NCBI GenBank assembly: GCA_965261545.1
Contig: CBDHDF010000010.1
Coordinates: 832,001-896,000 of the forward strand
Direction: 5' to 3'
DNA from: Bdellovibrionales bacterium
Lineage (GTDB): Bacteria; Bdellovibrionota; Bdellovibrionia; Bdellovibrionales; UBA1609
Length of the DNA: 64,000 nt
The notes under the pieces were generated by a model that was not told the origin of the DNA, ran no database searches, and was given only the letters and a program-made list of their open reading frames with translations. Every line of letters begins with the position of its first letter. The first letter of the stretch is position 1. A program made the translations under genes and the position numbers. Below, piece by piece: positions 1 to 9,705 of this stretch.

Positions 1-840
1 CTCATTTCTTACGTATGTATCTATCTCATGCTTATGACGTTTTATCGGGTGTGACAAAGAATCTTTGCTATTCTCCCGCTCTCAACGAAATCGCCAATGC
101 TATTCAAATGATAGGTAGTTTTGAGAGTAATAGCATAACTCTCTACGATAGGCTTTATTTATCTACAGAGATTATTAAGGCCCATGCTCAAGCCAGTAAC
201 TTCTTTATTGCGCGTTGTAAGCGAGGCTCTACTTTTATCCCCATCGTAAATTTATTTAATGGCCCAGGTTGGTATTCACAAATGGTTATTGAGGGGGTGG
301 TCATTCATCTCTATAAGTATAAAAACCCAAAGACTGGGGAGTTCTCTGTTTTGGCCACTAATCTTCCGCATGGCTCCTTGGACAAGAAGGATATGGTTGC
401 TCTTTACTCTCGTCGTTGGGAAATAGAAACGACATTTCGTGATTTTACATCGACAATGAAAATGGAGCAGTGGCACTCAACAAGCCTTAATGGAATATTG
501 CAAGAGCTGTATTCTTATTTTTGGCTCTTCAATTATACAAAGATTCAAATGAGCATAAATGAGGATGAAGACAGTGTGAATCAGTTGGTAAAAAATGACT
601 ACAAAAAACCTAACTTTAAACTGATTCTTGATTTCATAATGGATAGCATCCCCCTTTTTGTTGCGGGGCTCTATCAGAAATTTAGGAAGCAGATAAAGTT
701 GCTGATGAAGATTTCAATGGAGAAGAGGAGGCACTTCAAAAGAAGCTATGAAAGGTCTATCAAAAGGGCTGGGAGTTCTTTTAAAAGAAATAGCTTAACG
801 CAGAGGCAGAGGGGTGTGGTGGCTTAAGGAAACGGCATTG
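1..840 (+). mobile_element. IS4-family element ISa, copy 1 (5' part outside window)
   Basis: Near-identical to 20355..21771; ends in TIR CTTAAGGAAACGGCATTG at 823-840, which resembles the IS4 terminus TAATGCCG...TTAAG. Confidence 0.93.
3..827 (+). CDS. IS4-family DDE transposase (partial at window edge)
   Basis: Frame open from window start; YREK-type motif LYSRRWEIETTF; stop codon lies inside the right TIR. Confidence 0.92.
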   Translation, partial: HFLRMYLSHAYDVLSGVTKNLCYSPALNEIANAIQMIGSFESNSITLYDRLYLSTEIIKAHAQASNFFIARCKRGSTFIPIVNLFNGPGWYSQMVIEGVVIHLYKYKNPKTGEFSVLATNLPHGSLDKKDMVALYSRRWEIETTFRDFTSTMKMEQWHSTSLNGILQELYSYFWLFNYTKIQMSINEDEDSVNQLVKNDYKKPNFKLILDFIMDSIPLFVAGLYQKFRKQIKLLMKISMEKRRHFKRSYERSIKRAGSSFKRNSLTQRQRGVVA

Positions 841-958
841 AGTGAGGGAGTCTCCTCAACGCACATTTTTGACTCAAAAAGAGAAAAGTGGGAACTCGGT
901 GTCGGAATAATGAGCCAGCCAGGTGGAGGACCATAACCCGGGCACCACGAAGGTGTTT

Positions 959-1681
959 CGTATTGACTCATTTAAAAAGGTAACCGAAACGGCACGAAAT
1001 GACTCACTGAGTTGCTGGCTGTTGCTGTTTATTTTTAACCTTTTCGGAAGCTAATGTAAAAAGTTAAGGGGTGGAGTTCCCCACACATCAAAACTGGAAA
1101 GAACTACATAAATAATCGTCATCTTGGTTGGAAAAAAATCAGCAATGGCTCTCTCAAAAAAATGGAAATTCCAATCTCATCAAAGGGTTCATGTGTTTAG
1201 GTTCCCATACTATATTACCCCCTTCTTTTAAACTTGGGATCTTCGAGAAATACCGCCTTTATACCACTCTGAGAAGGCTTTCTTGGCTTACTTTTTCCTT
1301 CAGCTCTTTGAGCTTAACTTCAAGCCCCAGCCGTAAATGAAAAGGGTTGAGTTTCTTTTTCTGAGATTTTAACAAATCCTTCTTTTCTTCTGAAATGTGT
1401 GGTGATTGGATAACTCTATCATGAGATTTTTTTGCTCGACATGGCAATTATCATTCTTTTGATAAGGACGAGAACGATAAAAACACACTGGGTTGTCTCT
1501 TTGAACAAAATATCCAAATAGCTCTTTATTGATAAACTCCGAGCCACAATCAGATTTAAAGCCAGTTATTTCAAAGGGGAAAGACTCCTCAATACTTCTC
1601 ATCGCTTCTTTTGTGGCTAACATTCCTTTTTGCCATAGGGCTCTGTTGGATGTCCAAGTCGAAGCTAAATCTGTGACCGTT
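959..1681 (-). mobile_element. 3' remnant of an rve/DDE-integrase-type IS
   Basis: End CGTATTGACTCA...AAAGGTAAC at 959 matches the terminus at 16463; cut at 1681 by the IS21 end. Confidence 0.7.
1259..1681 (-). pseudogene. Truncated, internally deleted/frameshifted rve-type transposase
   Basis: Motifs TVTDLASTWT, SDCGSEFIN, SRPYQKNDNCHVEQKN; frame breaks right after HVEQKN and the C-terminal helix continues in another frame (1259..1447). Confidence 0.8.
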
Positions 1682-2111
1682 TGTTAGGCGCCAATTAAAA
1701 TTGGCCATTTTTAGAAGCCGTCGCCAATGAAAAACGGCCAGTTGATGATGTACTGATTTAGTTATTCTTCGTTCAGAGTTTAGTCAAGTGTCTTTATTTT
1801 GCTCATCATTTAACTCGGACTATGCCACAAGATTCTGAGGAATGATTTTCTGCCCACCACTTTTGGCATGACCCCAAATGCATCCTTCAGCCCTATGGCA
1901 GAGGTAAATGGAGTATTTTTCAGGATTCCTTGGCGCAGCTAATGTCTAAAGCTCCGCGAGAGTGACGAGCAAATAGTACGGTAAAAGCCAGTTATCCATA
2001 AATTTATCCATGGCGACACTGCGGCTGTGACCCCGATGTCTAGCAACGCAGTGCTGCTGTGGATAAATTTTGTGGATAACTGGCGAGTTCCTTCCCCAAA
2101 AGTGGGGATCT

Positions 2112-2894
2112 CTAATGAACTTCTTTGGTTGAACTTTCCTCTTTGCTCTGTTTAGACTTGGCTTTTGCCGATTCGGTTCTCCAACTTTCTTTTCCTTCAA
2201 TGTTGAGGGTTTCACAGTTGTGAATGATTCGATCAACAGCAGCAGCGGTGGTAATAGGGTTAAGAAACACCTTATCCCATTCAGAGTATGTTAAGTTTGT
2301 AGTGATCATGAGACTTTTCCTTTCATATCGCTGAGATATGAATTGAAAGAAAAGATCTGCCCCCTCTGTGCAGGAAGCTGTATAGCCAAGTTCATCACAA
2401 GCAATAAGATCAAAACGGTCTAATTTCTTAAAAAGAGCATTCAATGAGAGTTCTTTCTTGCTTTCACGCATTGTTTCAATAAGTTCATGAGTGGTGACCC
2501 ATAAACATCGATAGCCTTGTTCACAGAGTGAACGAACTAGGGACATGGCCAAATGACTTTTCCCCATTCCAAAGCTTCCGTAAAACACAACATTACAGGC
2601 TTTTCTGACCCACTCTCCCTCTGCCATCCAATTAATTTGCTGAGCTGTCACTCCCGTTCTTTTCTGGAAGTTATAAGTTTGGAGTGATTTAAGTTGAGGA
2701 AGCTTGGCCCCCTTAAGCAATCTTTTCACTCTCTGGGAATGCTTGTCAGCAAGCTCATTTTGAACGAGTATACCTAAATACTGTTCATACGTCTTTTTTG
2801 TTTTTTCGGCAACTCTAGCCGTTGCAACATATTCATCCGCCATCGCTGGAAGTCGGAGTTTTTTAAGAGAACCTATAAGTTCTTCGTGATTCAT
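2112..2894 (-). CDS. istB: IS21 AAA+ helper ATPase IstB
   Basis: Walker A GSFGMGKS, Walker B LIACDELGY, TTNL..W, AAVDRIIH; coupled to the istA stop. Confidence 0.95.
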   Translation of the reverse strand: MNHEELIGSLKKLRLPAMADEYVATARVAEKTKKTYEQYLGILVQNELADKHSQRVKRLLKGAKLPQLKSLQTYNFQKRTGVTAQQINWMAEGEWVRKACNVVFYGSFGMGKSHLAMSLVRSLCEQGYRCLWVTTHELIETMRESKKELSLNALFKKLDRFDLIACDELGYTASCTEGADLFFQFISQRYERKSLMITTNLTYSEWDKVFLNPITTAAAVDRIIHNCETLNIEGKESWRTESAKAKSKQSKEESSTKEVH

Positions 2895-4360
2895 TAAGAA
2901 CCTCCTATGTTTGGAACAAGACTGTCATATTGAGACAATCTAGGTTGAAGTGGTTTTTGTTGGTCATTCAAATTAATTTTGGTGGGATTTCCTAAGAGCA
3001 AATCTTTTATGGATTTAAAGTCGAAAATCTCACGACTTTCTAATTGAAGCTCCATGGCTGTAGATAAGTCCTGCCAACTCACATGCTGAATCAAGTTGAT
3101 AACTCTTAAATATTCATGCTCGGCACGGCTTGAATCTTGTTGCTTGAGGTATTGATAAAAATTTTCAAACACATTTGTTGGAAAAAGAATGGATCGGTGA
3201 GCCCATCTTACCATGGCTTGCGGCTTACGAACTAAAGAGGGAAGGATATGTTCAAGAAGAAGACTATGCTCCCCATCAGGTTTTCTTTGATGGCGAGCGA
3301 CAATTTCTTGCTTCCCTCCTGCACGATAGATCGTGACATGATAGGGACCCTGTACGGTTTTACAGGGAGATTGGATCACCTCATCAGGTATGGAATATGT
3401 GGTTTTACCTATTCTCAAAGTCCCATAACCATTACTTTGACAAATATTCACCTTACAGAGAATATCTTCATCTCGTGGAGGCAAAGGCTTAAGAACTTTG
3501 GCCTCCTCCTCAAAGCGAGATTTGGTGGAGTCACTCTGATGCTGATCCATATAAGACTCTAAAAACTGATTCAAATGATCCCAGTCTTTAAAAACAATTC
3601 CTTTGTTTCTAACAATATTTTTTATCCGAGAACTGAAGGTTCGAATATCACGCTCCACATCTCCCTTGTCAGAGCCCTTCCCTGCGCGGCAGGGAAGAAC
3701 CTTAAATCCATAGTATTGGATGGCTCGATCAAAAGATTGGGTGTAAATTCGCTGATTTCCTTTAAGAACTTTCTTCACACAGGGAGATAAATTATCAATA
3801 CGGATGTTCGCACTCATCCCACCTATCTTTTCAAAAAAAGCATGCACCCCATCGATGAAACACTCATAGACAAGAAAGGGGTAGGCACGAACCCAACAGG
3901 TGCCACTACAAGGCAATGTTCCAAAATGGAGATGAACGATCTGAACACCATCGGCAAATGGTAAAGCAACCTTCTCCTTAAAATCAAACTGAGCCTGTTC
4001 TCCAGGATCATATCTTTGGCTGAAAAAACGCTCCTTGGGGCGAGAACCAAGAATCTCACAAACTCTTCTCTGAACCGTTCTCTCACTCCCACGATAACCC
4101 TCCTCAACTAATAGCTCATATATTTCACGGGCGGTGTTACTTGGGTTCAACTTCAAAAAGTACTTCACCCGATCCATATATCCATTAAGGGGATCTGGGC
4201 GAGTTCTTTTGGACCTCGCCTTGTACTTCGGTGGGGTGTTGGACTTACAGTACTTGCGCACCGTCTTACGATTGATCCCTAATTCACGAGATATTTCTGT
4301 CTTATTTTTACCACTGTGACTCAGGTCACGAATGCGGCCGAAAGTGTATTGACTAATCAT
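2894..4360 (-). CDS. istA: IS21 transposase IstA
   Basis: N-terminal HTH (ISRELGINRKTVRKY), PGEQAQFDF, DNL, KGDVER; start placed at ATG 4360 after GAGGAGG (ORF track extends to 4498). Confidence 0.95.
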   Translation of the reverse strand: MISQYTFGRIRDLSHSGKNKTEISRELGINRKTVRKYCKSNTPPKYKARSKRTRPDPLNGYMDRVKYFLKLNPSNTAREIYELLVEEGYRGSERTVQRRVCEILGSRPKERFFSQRYDPGEQAQFDFKEKVALPFADGVQIVHLHFGTLPCSGTCWVRAYPFLVYECFIDGVHAFFEKIGGMSANIRIDNLSPCVKKVLKGNQRIYTQSFDRAIQYYGFKVLPCRAGKGSDKGDVERDIRTFSSRIKNIVRNKGIVFKDWDHLNQFLESYMDQHQSDSTKSRFEEEAKVLKPLPPRDEDILCKVNICQSNGYGTLRIGKTTYSIPDEVIQSPCKTVQGPYHVTIYRAGGKQEIVARHQRKPDGEHSLLLEHILPSLVRKPQAMVRWAHRSILFPTNVFENFYQYLKQQDSSRAEHEYLRVINLIQHVSWQDLSTAMELQLESREIFDFKSIKDLLLGNPTKINLNDQQKPLQPRLSQYDSLVPNIGGS

Positions 4361-4485
4361 AAGATCCTCCTCATTGCTAACCTTTTGAGTTGCAAAAGGG
4401 AGGGACTCTGTGAGCTTAGTATCTATATCAGAAGAAGAGACTTCATTGTCTAGTATTTGAACACTCCCTGAAGATTGGTCACTTT

Positions 4486-4860
4486 TCATTGGCGACAACC
4501 TCCATATTGAAAGTGGGACATTTTAATTGGCGACGGCTTTAAGGGAAGCCTGTCTTCAAAAAGAAATTCCATGAAAATTGAGGCAAATGTTGGAATCTTG
4601 TGGAATTTAAATACTTTAGAAAATGGGCACAGCCTAAACAGGCTTTTCTTGACTATATATTTAACCTCATTGAAATCCAGAAACAGTCTACAAATGAGAA
4701 ATATGGAACCTGAATAGGCTGTCATGGAAGGACTCTCCAACACGGAGCCCCTTTCCAGGTCGACAAGAACCCAAAAGGAGTTCTTATCAGCTCGGAGCCT
4801 TTTTATGAGTAATATCAATTGATTATATGCGTCTCGGTTGACAATGCCAAAAATCACCAT
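4486..4860 (-). CDS. Hypothetical 124-aa passenger ORF inside IS21-a
   Basis: AGGAGG four bases before the ATG; lies between the IS terminus and istA; no recognisable family. Confidence 0.45.
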   Translation of the reverse strand: MVIFGIVNRDAYNQLILLIKRLRADKNSFWVLVDLERGSVLESPSMTAYSGSIFLICRLFLDFNEVKYIVKKSLFRLCPFSKVFKFHKIPTFASIFMEFLFEDRLPLKPSPIKMSHFQYGGCRQ

Positions 4861-5195
4861 AGGTCCTCCTCTGAAAAGTGGCCACTTTTCATTGGCGACG
4901 GTGGGGCATTTTAATTGTCAGCTAACACTTGGAGTTCTTTTGGGGAACTCGGAGGTTCAAGACTGTTTTTTTTGCAAATGGCATGTATATTTGAGCGAGA
5001 TTTTGGGTGACCATCTTTTTCGATTTACCGGAGATAGCCAGTTATTTTTACTTTCAAGACATAAGGAAGTCAGAATGAGAATCGAGAATCTGTAGGGAAG
5101 TGATGATTTGAAGAGAAGGGGGACTCTTCTTGTGAAGAGTCCCTATGAATGTTTTTACCGTAACAACGAAGGGGATGTGACTACAGCCACCTTCT

Positions 5196-5885
5196 TTATC
5201 TATACCCATGGGATATACGGTCGATCTTGAATGAAGAGTTGGGTATTTTCTTTGTTTTCTTATTGGCATAAACAAAGACCTCAACTCCGATTCGGTCGCC
5301 ATTGACGATGGGTGACCATATAGTGCCTTTATGCATGTCCCGATAATCCAGACACTGGTACAAACTCTTATTACTATTACTATTACTATTACTATTAACC
5401 ATAGGAACTATAGGTTGTGATTCCCCAAAAAAGCAAACATGGCTTACTGACGATAGGTCGACGATTACACCCATCCGCATGTGCTTTGCTTTAGGTGAAA
5501 TGACTACCGTTCTGCTAGCATAGAGATGATTCTTGATCTTAACCCAGTTCAAATGGGGGGTTAGATCGCCACGATACTTCTTAGGCATCTTACGAGAGAC
5601 TCCAACTTGGTATGGATAACCGTTCTTTGGCGGGCGTATGGTGATGAATGGCAACCGAATGTAGAGATACATAGACGATTCGCTGTCTGTGTCAACATCA
5701 GCATCAATATCAGATTGATGATGAATGGTATCCTCATTACCATTGACTTCTTCTTTTGCATTATCAGATAGAATGGCAAGCCCACTACTGACGTCTTTTT
5801 CTTTTTTTACATTCATCTCCTGTGGTCCGCAATTTGTCATAGAAATGGCGAATAAAAATAAAAATAAAAATTTCAATGGTTTCAT
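5196..5885 (-). CDS. Putative lipoprotein resembling a lysyl-endopeptidase pro-region
   Basis: AAGGAG RBS, MKPLKFLFLFLFAISMTNC lipobox-like signal; motifs ISPKAKHMRMG, WSPIVNGD, IDRISHGYR. Confidence 0.6.
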   Translation of the reverse strand: MKPLKFLFLFLFAISMTNCGPQEMNVKKEKDVSSGLAILSDNAKEEVNGNEDTIHHQSDIDADVDTDSESSMYLYIRLPFITIRPPKNGYPYQVGVSRKMPKKYRGDLTPHLNWVKIKNHLYASRTVVISPKAKHMRMGVIVDLSSVSHVCFFGESQPIVPMVNSNSNSNSNKSLYQCLDYRDMHKGTIWSPIVNGDRIGVEVFVYANKKTKKIPNSSFKIDRISHGYR

Positions 5886-6206
5886 TTTTTTCTCCTTTGT
5901 TTTAAGTAGTAAGTAGAGCTTTACTTTCAAAGCCCCATGGTTTAAATAAATACTTTTTTTTTCATTCACCCAACGCTCTTCCAACATATGCTTATCATTC
6001 CTTATTTGTCATTACACTACATTACATTACAGAAATTCCCGCCGAGCTTGAAAAAACATTGAAATTCCTCCAAATCTCAGTGTGAGAATTGCACTGCATC
6101 GAATAAGGTAAACCTCCCCGTCTTCGCCATTTAGAGGCGAATGTCCAGACTTTAGTTTAGGGCAAATACGTTAAACTCTTTGGGGCACTTTGAGAAAAAT
6201 GGCTGC

Positions 6207-7346
6207 TCATGATGTGTCGAAAACATCTGAGGCAGCAATAGGCTTAATCCCATAAGCCATTATGGCGAGGAGTTCCTGCCAATTTTTAAAGTATAGGGTA
6301 TGGAAATACCCCCTCATATGATCCCATAGATAAGATAGTCTCCTCTCTTTTTCTACCGCCTTTTGAAACAATTTACAGGCCAAATGTTGAAGTTGGTCCA
6401 CTAAAAATACCAGCATCATAATCACGGCTAAATTGTTACACAAATTTTGCTTGCCGTGGCCAAAATTGTGCTCAAAGTTGTAACCCAAATTCTTTAACGT
6501 ATTAAATGTTTCATTTTCTATCTTCCAGCGTGCTCTTCCCCCCCTCATTATTTGCATTATGTTGTCTTCGTTGATCTCAATGTCAGTCACCCAGCTAAAG
6601 TGCTGAACCTTACCGTTTGCTTTCGTTTCTTTGTATTCAATAAAATTCACTCGACAATCAGGATTTGAATCATTGAGTGAAACATCATTTATGAATCGAA
6701 ATTCATGTGTCACTCCATTCTCTACCACGGTGAAGTGAGAAACTGTTCCTAAGCTATCTGCTCCATTTACAAACTCAAATAAAACTTTGTGGTCCCCCAT
6801 CTTACAGCCTAAAATATAACTTAATTTTAATTCGTTAAGAAGAGTGATGTGAGGAGCATTGGAAGCCAATCCATCCTCAATAACAATCACTGGAAGGTGA
6901 GGGTGTTCCCTGCGAAAATCTTCAAGGAGTCGTTTGGCTGCATTACGCTCACAATCATTTTTGCTCGATCCATCTGTGTTTGAAATGGGCTCTGGAGCAA
7001 TAGGTATAACCTGTTTCTTATCGGGGTGAACAATCACTCCTGCTAACATTTGATGATAGTAGGTCTTCGTCTCATCACGATGATTCTTTATACAACAATT
7101 CTCACAATGAATAGTCGAGGAGCTAAAGGCACCTGTTCCATCAATGCTGAGAAGATATTTTCCACCCAAATATGGGTAACCCTCCAAAACCTTCCCTCTT
7201 TGAGCTACGGTAAACAAAGATTTAAAAAAATTTTGAAACTCACGGGTTGGAACAGGATCTAAAATCTCTCGCATAGCCGTATCACTAGGAATTTGGCCTA
7301 TTTGAAACAAATGGTGTAGGTTGTTTTTTGCCACTGGGTCATGGAC
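6207..7346 (-). pseudogene. ISc transposase, 3' part (split by ISa)
   Basis: Same protein as the intact copy 16910..18238 from HDPVAKNN onward; motif RARWKIENETFNTLKN.GY.FEHNFGHG. Confidence 0.9.
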
Positions 7347-7359
7347 CAATGCCGTTTCC

Positions 7360-7688
7360 TTAAGCCACCACACCCCTCTGCCTCTGCGTTAAGCTATTTC
7401 TTTTAAAAGAACTCCCAGCCCTTTTGATAGACCTTTCATAGCTTCTTTTGAAGTGCCTCCTCTTCTCCATTGAAATCTTCATCAGCAACTTTATCTGCTT
7501 CCTAAATTTCTGATAGAGCCCCGCAACAAAAAGGGGGATGCTATCCATTATGAAATCAAGAATCAGTTTAAAGTTAGGTTTTTTGTAGTCATTTTTTACC
7601 AACTGATTCACACTGTCTTCATCCTCATTTATGCTCATTTGAATCTTTGTATAATTGAAGAGCCAAAAATAAGAATACAGCTCTTGCA
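7360..7688 (-). pseudogene. ISa transposase, 3' fragment
   Basis: QELYSYFW...RGVVA matches the C-terminus of 20712..21758. Confidence 0.9.
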
Positions 7689-7864
7689 CATAGGTGTTCG
7701 TGGTTTTTTTCTAATTTTAATTCCGAATTAATGGAAATACTTTTCAAGCCTCCTTTTTTACATAGAGGGAAGTGGGCGATTTATAAATATTTATAGATGG
7801 TATTTTGAGAAATGGACGCAGATTGACATTTGATATCCACGACAAGCCATGTGTTTTAAGAGAC

Positions 7865-8289
7865 TTAATTGTGTAACGAAAGAACTGTGGACTTTTGGGA
7901 ACAACAGAATTTAAATTTCTTTCCACTTCCGCATGGACAGGATTGATTTCTTTCAATTTTTTCGCTTTGGTCATTTTTCTGCTGTGATGCCGACATATCT
8001 TCAGTTACAATTTTTTTTTCTTTTCATCTTCCAAATCCTCATCCAAATTATCAAAAAGAATATCTCCTAGATTCTGGTGAAAGTAACGATTTTTAAATTG
8101 AGATATGAGCATCATAAAAATACATGTAAGAACCAAAAGTGTGAGTGAAGCAAAAAACAAATAAGATGCTTGCATCTGAGTTAATGGGAGGATGAGTGCC
8201 AGTAAATAACCAAATCCAAATACCAATAAGGAAATAAAAAGAGATATAAAGGATCCCAAAGAAAGTAATATTAAAAGTCCAAAAATCAT
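7865..8289 (-). CDS. Membrane protein with C-terminal SEC-C zinc-binding motif; frameshift at A9 tract
   Basis: Hydrophobic N-terminus and acidic linker (ORF 8005..8328, AGGAG upstream of ATG 8289). The -1 frame after the A9 run (8011-8019) reads IVTEDM...ERNQSCPCGSGKKFKFCC...HN* to 7865. Confidence 0.8.
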
Positions 8290-8433
8290 TGCTATTTTTT
8301 GCTCCTGTCGAATACAATGAATCCGCATAGATACAAGTGAGTTATCTACAGACTTAATGATTCTCGCGTTAGTATCTTAATAGGTCAAGATTAATTGGAG
8401 GAAATTTTTATTTTTTAAACGCAGGGGGCAAAT

Positions 8434-9678
8434 ATGAGCACGGAAGCTCAAACACTTAAAACGATCAAAAAATGTTTCAAGAAAGTTATTCCTGAAAAGG
8501 ACTCTCGGGCAACCATTCCACCTCTTGAGTTTATTGTGGCTCTTGTCTTGTCATTCCAGGGAGACTCTAAGACATATTCAATAGAGGGGATTAGGAGGTT
8601 TATGATAAGTCATTTAGGGTTAAGAATTGAAAGACACAGCTTCTGGGAAAGACTCTCTAGAAAAAGATTAAAAAAGCTTCTGAGTAAACTGGTTGAAATG
8701 CTCATGATAAAGCTATCTCATGGAGCTTTTCATGGAAGCAAAGCCATATTATTACAACTGGGAGTCTCAGACGTTCTTCTTGTTGACTCAAGCACAATAA
8801 GCCTTTGGGATGGAGCATCTGAGAATTTTCCAGGGACAAGAACAAACGCAGGAATTAAATGGCACGCTTGTTTCAGTTTATTCAGTGGTATAATGACTTG
8901 GTTCGAATTAACTCCGTCTTCCACTAACGATAGGAAGTGCTTTCCTGATATAAAGGAACTCGTTGGAAAATTAGTCATCTTTGATTTGGGATATTGGGAC
9001 TATGGCTTATTGTCATCTATTCATGAAGCTAAAGGATTTTTCTTGTCTAGAGTGAAGTCAAATGCCTCTATTCTTATTGATGCTGTTGTTGAAGGTTTGC
9101 CAGATTACTATGTTGGAAAAGAGTTCTCTGATATTAAACTCAAGAAAAAAAACGATGTTGTTGAATTTATAGGCAGTGTCTTGTCCAATGGTAAATGGGT
9201 AAGTTTGAGAATTGTAGGCTTCTGGAATTCCTCCGAAAAACGCTATCATTGGTATTGCACGAATTTAGATGTGGCAGCGGAGTCCATATATCCAATTTAT
9301 CGTTTACGTTGGCAATGTGAACTTATTTTCAAATCTTGTAAGAATTCTTTGAATGCAAATCAGATCACCTCAAACGATCAAAATATCATAGAGAGTCTTC
9401 TTCTTGCTTCATTAGCGGCTCACCTCACATCAAGTGTTGTTTTGAGGATAGGAAGAACTAAACTCAATAAGGAACAAAATGACTCCACATCGTTTCAAAG
9501 AGTTGCTAAGGTTACCGTCTTATTAGCCTCTGATTTTATCAAATATCTCCTAAGCTCATCTCAAAAGTATTTAAATATTTTGATAGAGAAGATCAAGATA
9601 TTCTCCCATGAAATTTATGACACAAACTACCGACGGCGAAAAACATCAATGAATATGGCTAAAAAGGTCTTGCTATGA
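8434..9678 (+). CDS. IS4-family transposase of ISb (intact)
   Basis: LVDSSTI, GIKWH, IFDLGY, YRLRWQCELIFKSCK (YREK motif). Confidence 0.93.
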   Translation: MSTEAQTLKTIKKCFKKVIPEKDSRATIPPLEFIVALVLSFQGDSKTYSIEGIRRFMISHLGLRIERHSFWERLSRKRLKKLLSKLVEMLMIKLSHGAFHGSKAILLQLGVSDVLLVDSSTISLWDGASENFPGTRTNAGIKWHACFSLFSGIMTWFELTPSSTNDRKCFPDIKELVGKLVIFDLGYWDYGLLSSIHEAKGFFLSRVKSNASILIDAVVEGLPDYYVGKEFSDIKLKKKNDVVEFIGSVLSNGKWVSLRIVGFWNSSEKRYHWYCTNLDVAAESIYPIYRLRWQCELIFKSCKNSLNANQITSNDQNIIESLLLASLAAHLTSSVVLRIGRTKLNKEQNDSTSFQRVAKVTVLLASDFIKYLLSSSQKYLNILIEKIKIFSHEIYDTNYRRRKTSMNMAKKVLL

Positions 9679-9705
9679 AAGAATAAAAAACCACGAACAC
9701 CTATG

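Larger units (their letters stand above)
1682..4927 (-). mobile_element. IS21-family element (IS21-a)
   Basis: TG..CA termini with imperfect IR TGTTAGnnnnCAATTAAAA at 1682 and 4927; repeated subterminal TTTT(C/A)ATTGGCGAC motifs; istA-istB; no TSD seen. Confidence 0.9.
7689..9705 (+). mobile_element. IS4-family element ISb (CAT termini) with passenger gene
   Basis: Perfect 21-bp TIR CATAGGTGTTCGTGGTTTTTT; 10-bp TSD AGCTCTTGCA at 7679-7688 and 9706-9715. Confidence 0.95.

Noticed and set aside
841..958. Short open frame ending GIMSQPGGGP* between two IS ends
   Set aside because: Too short to assign; possibly a gene tail cut by ISa.
959..1681. This remnant as the missing half of the rve element at 16463
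   Set aside because: Its outer flank is not the continuation of ISc-2, so it is a separate insertion or cannot be linked from this window.
7744..7974. 76-aa ORF MTKAKKLK...
   Set aside because: Wrong frame; the overlapping frame encodes the SEC-C motif.
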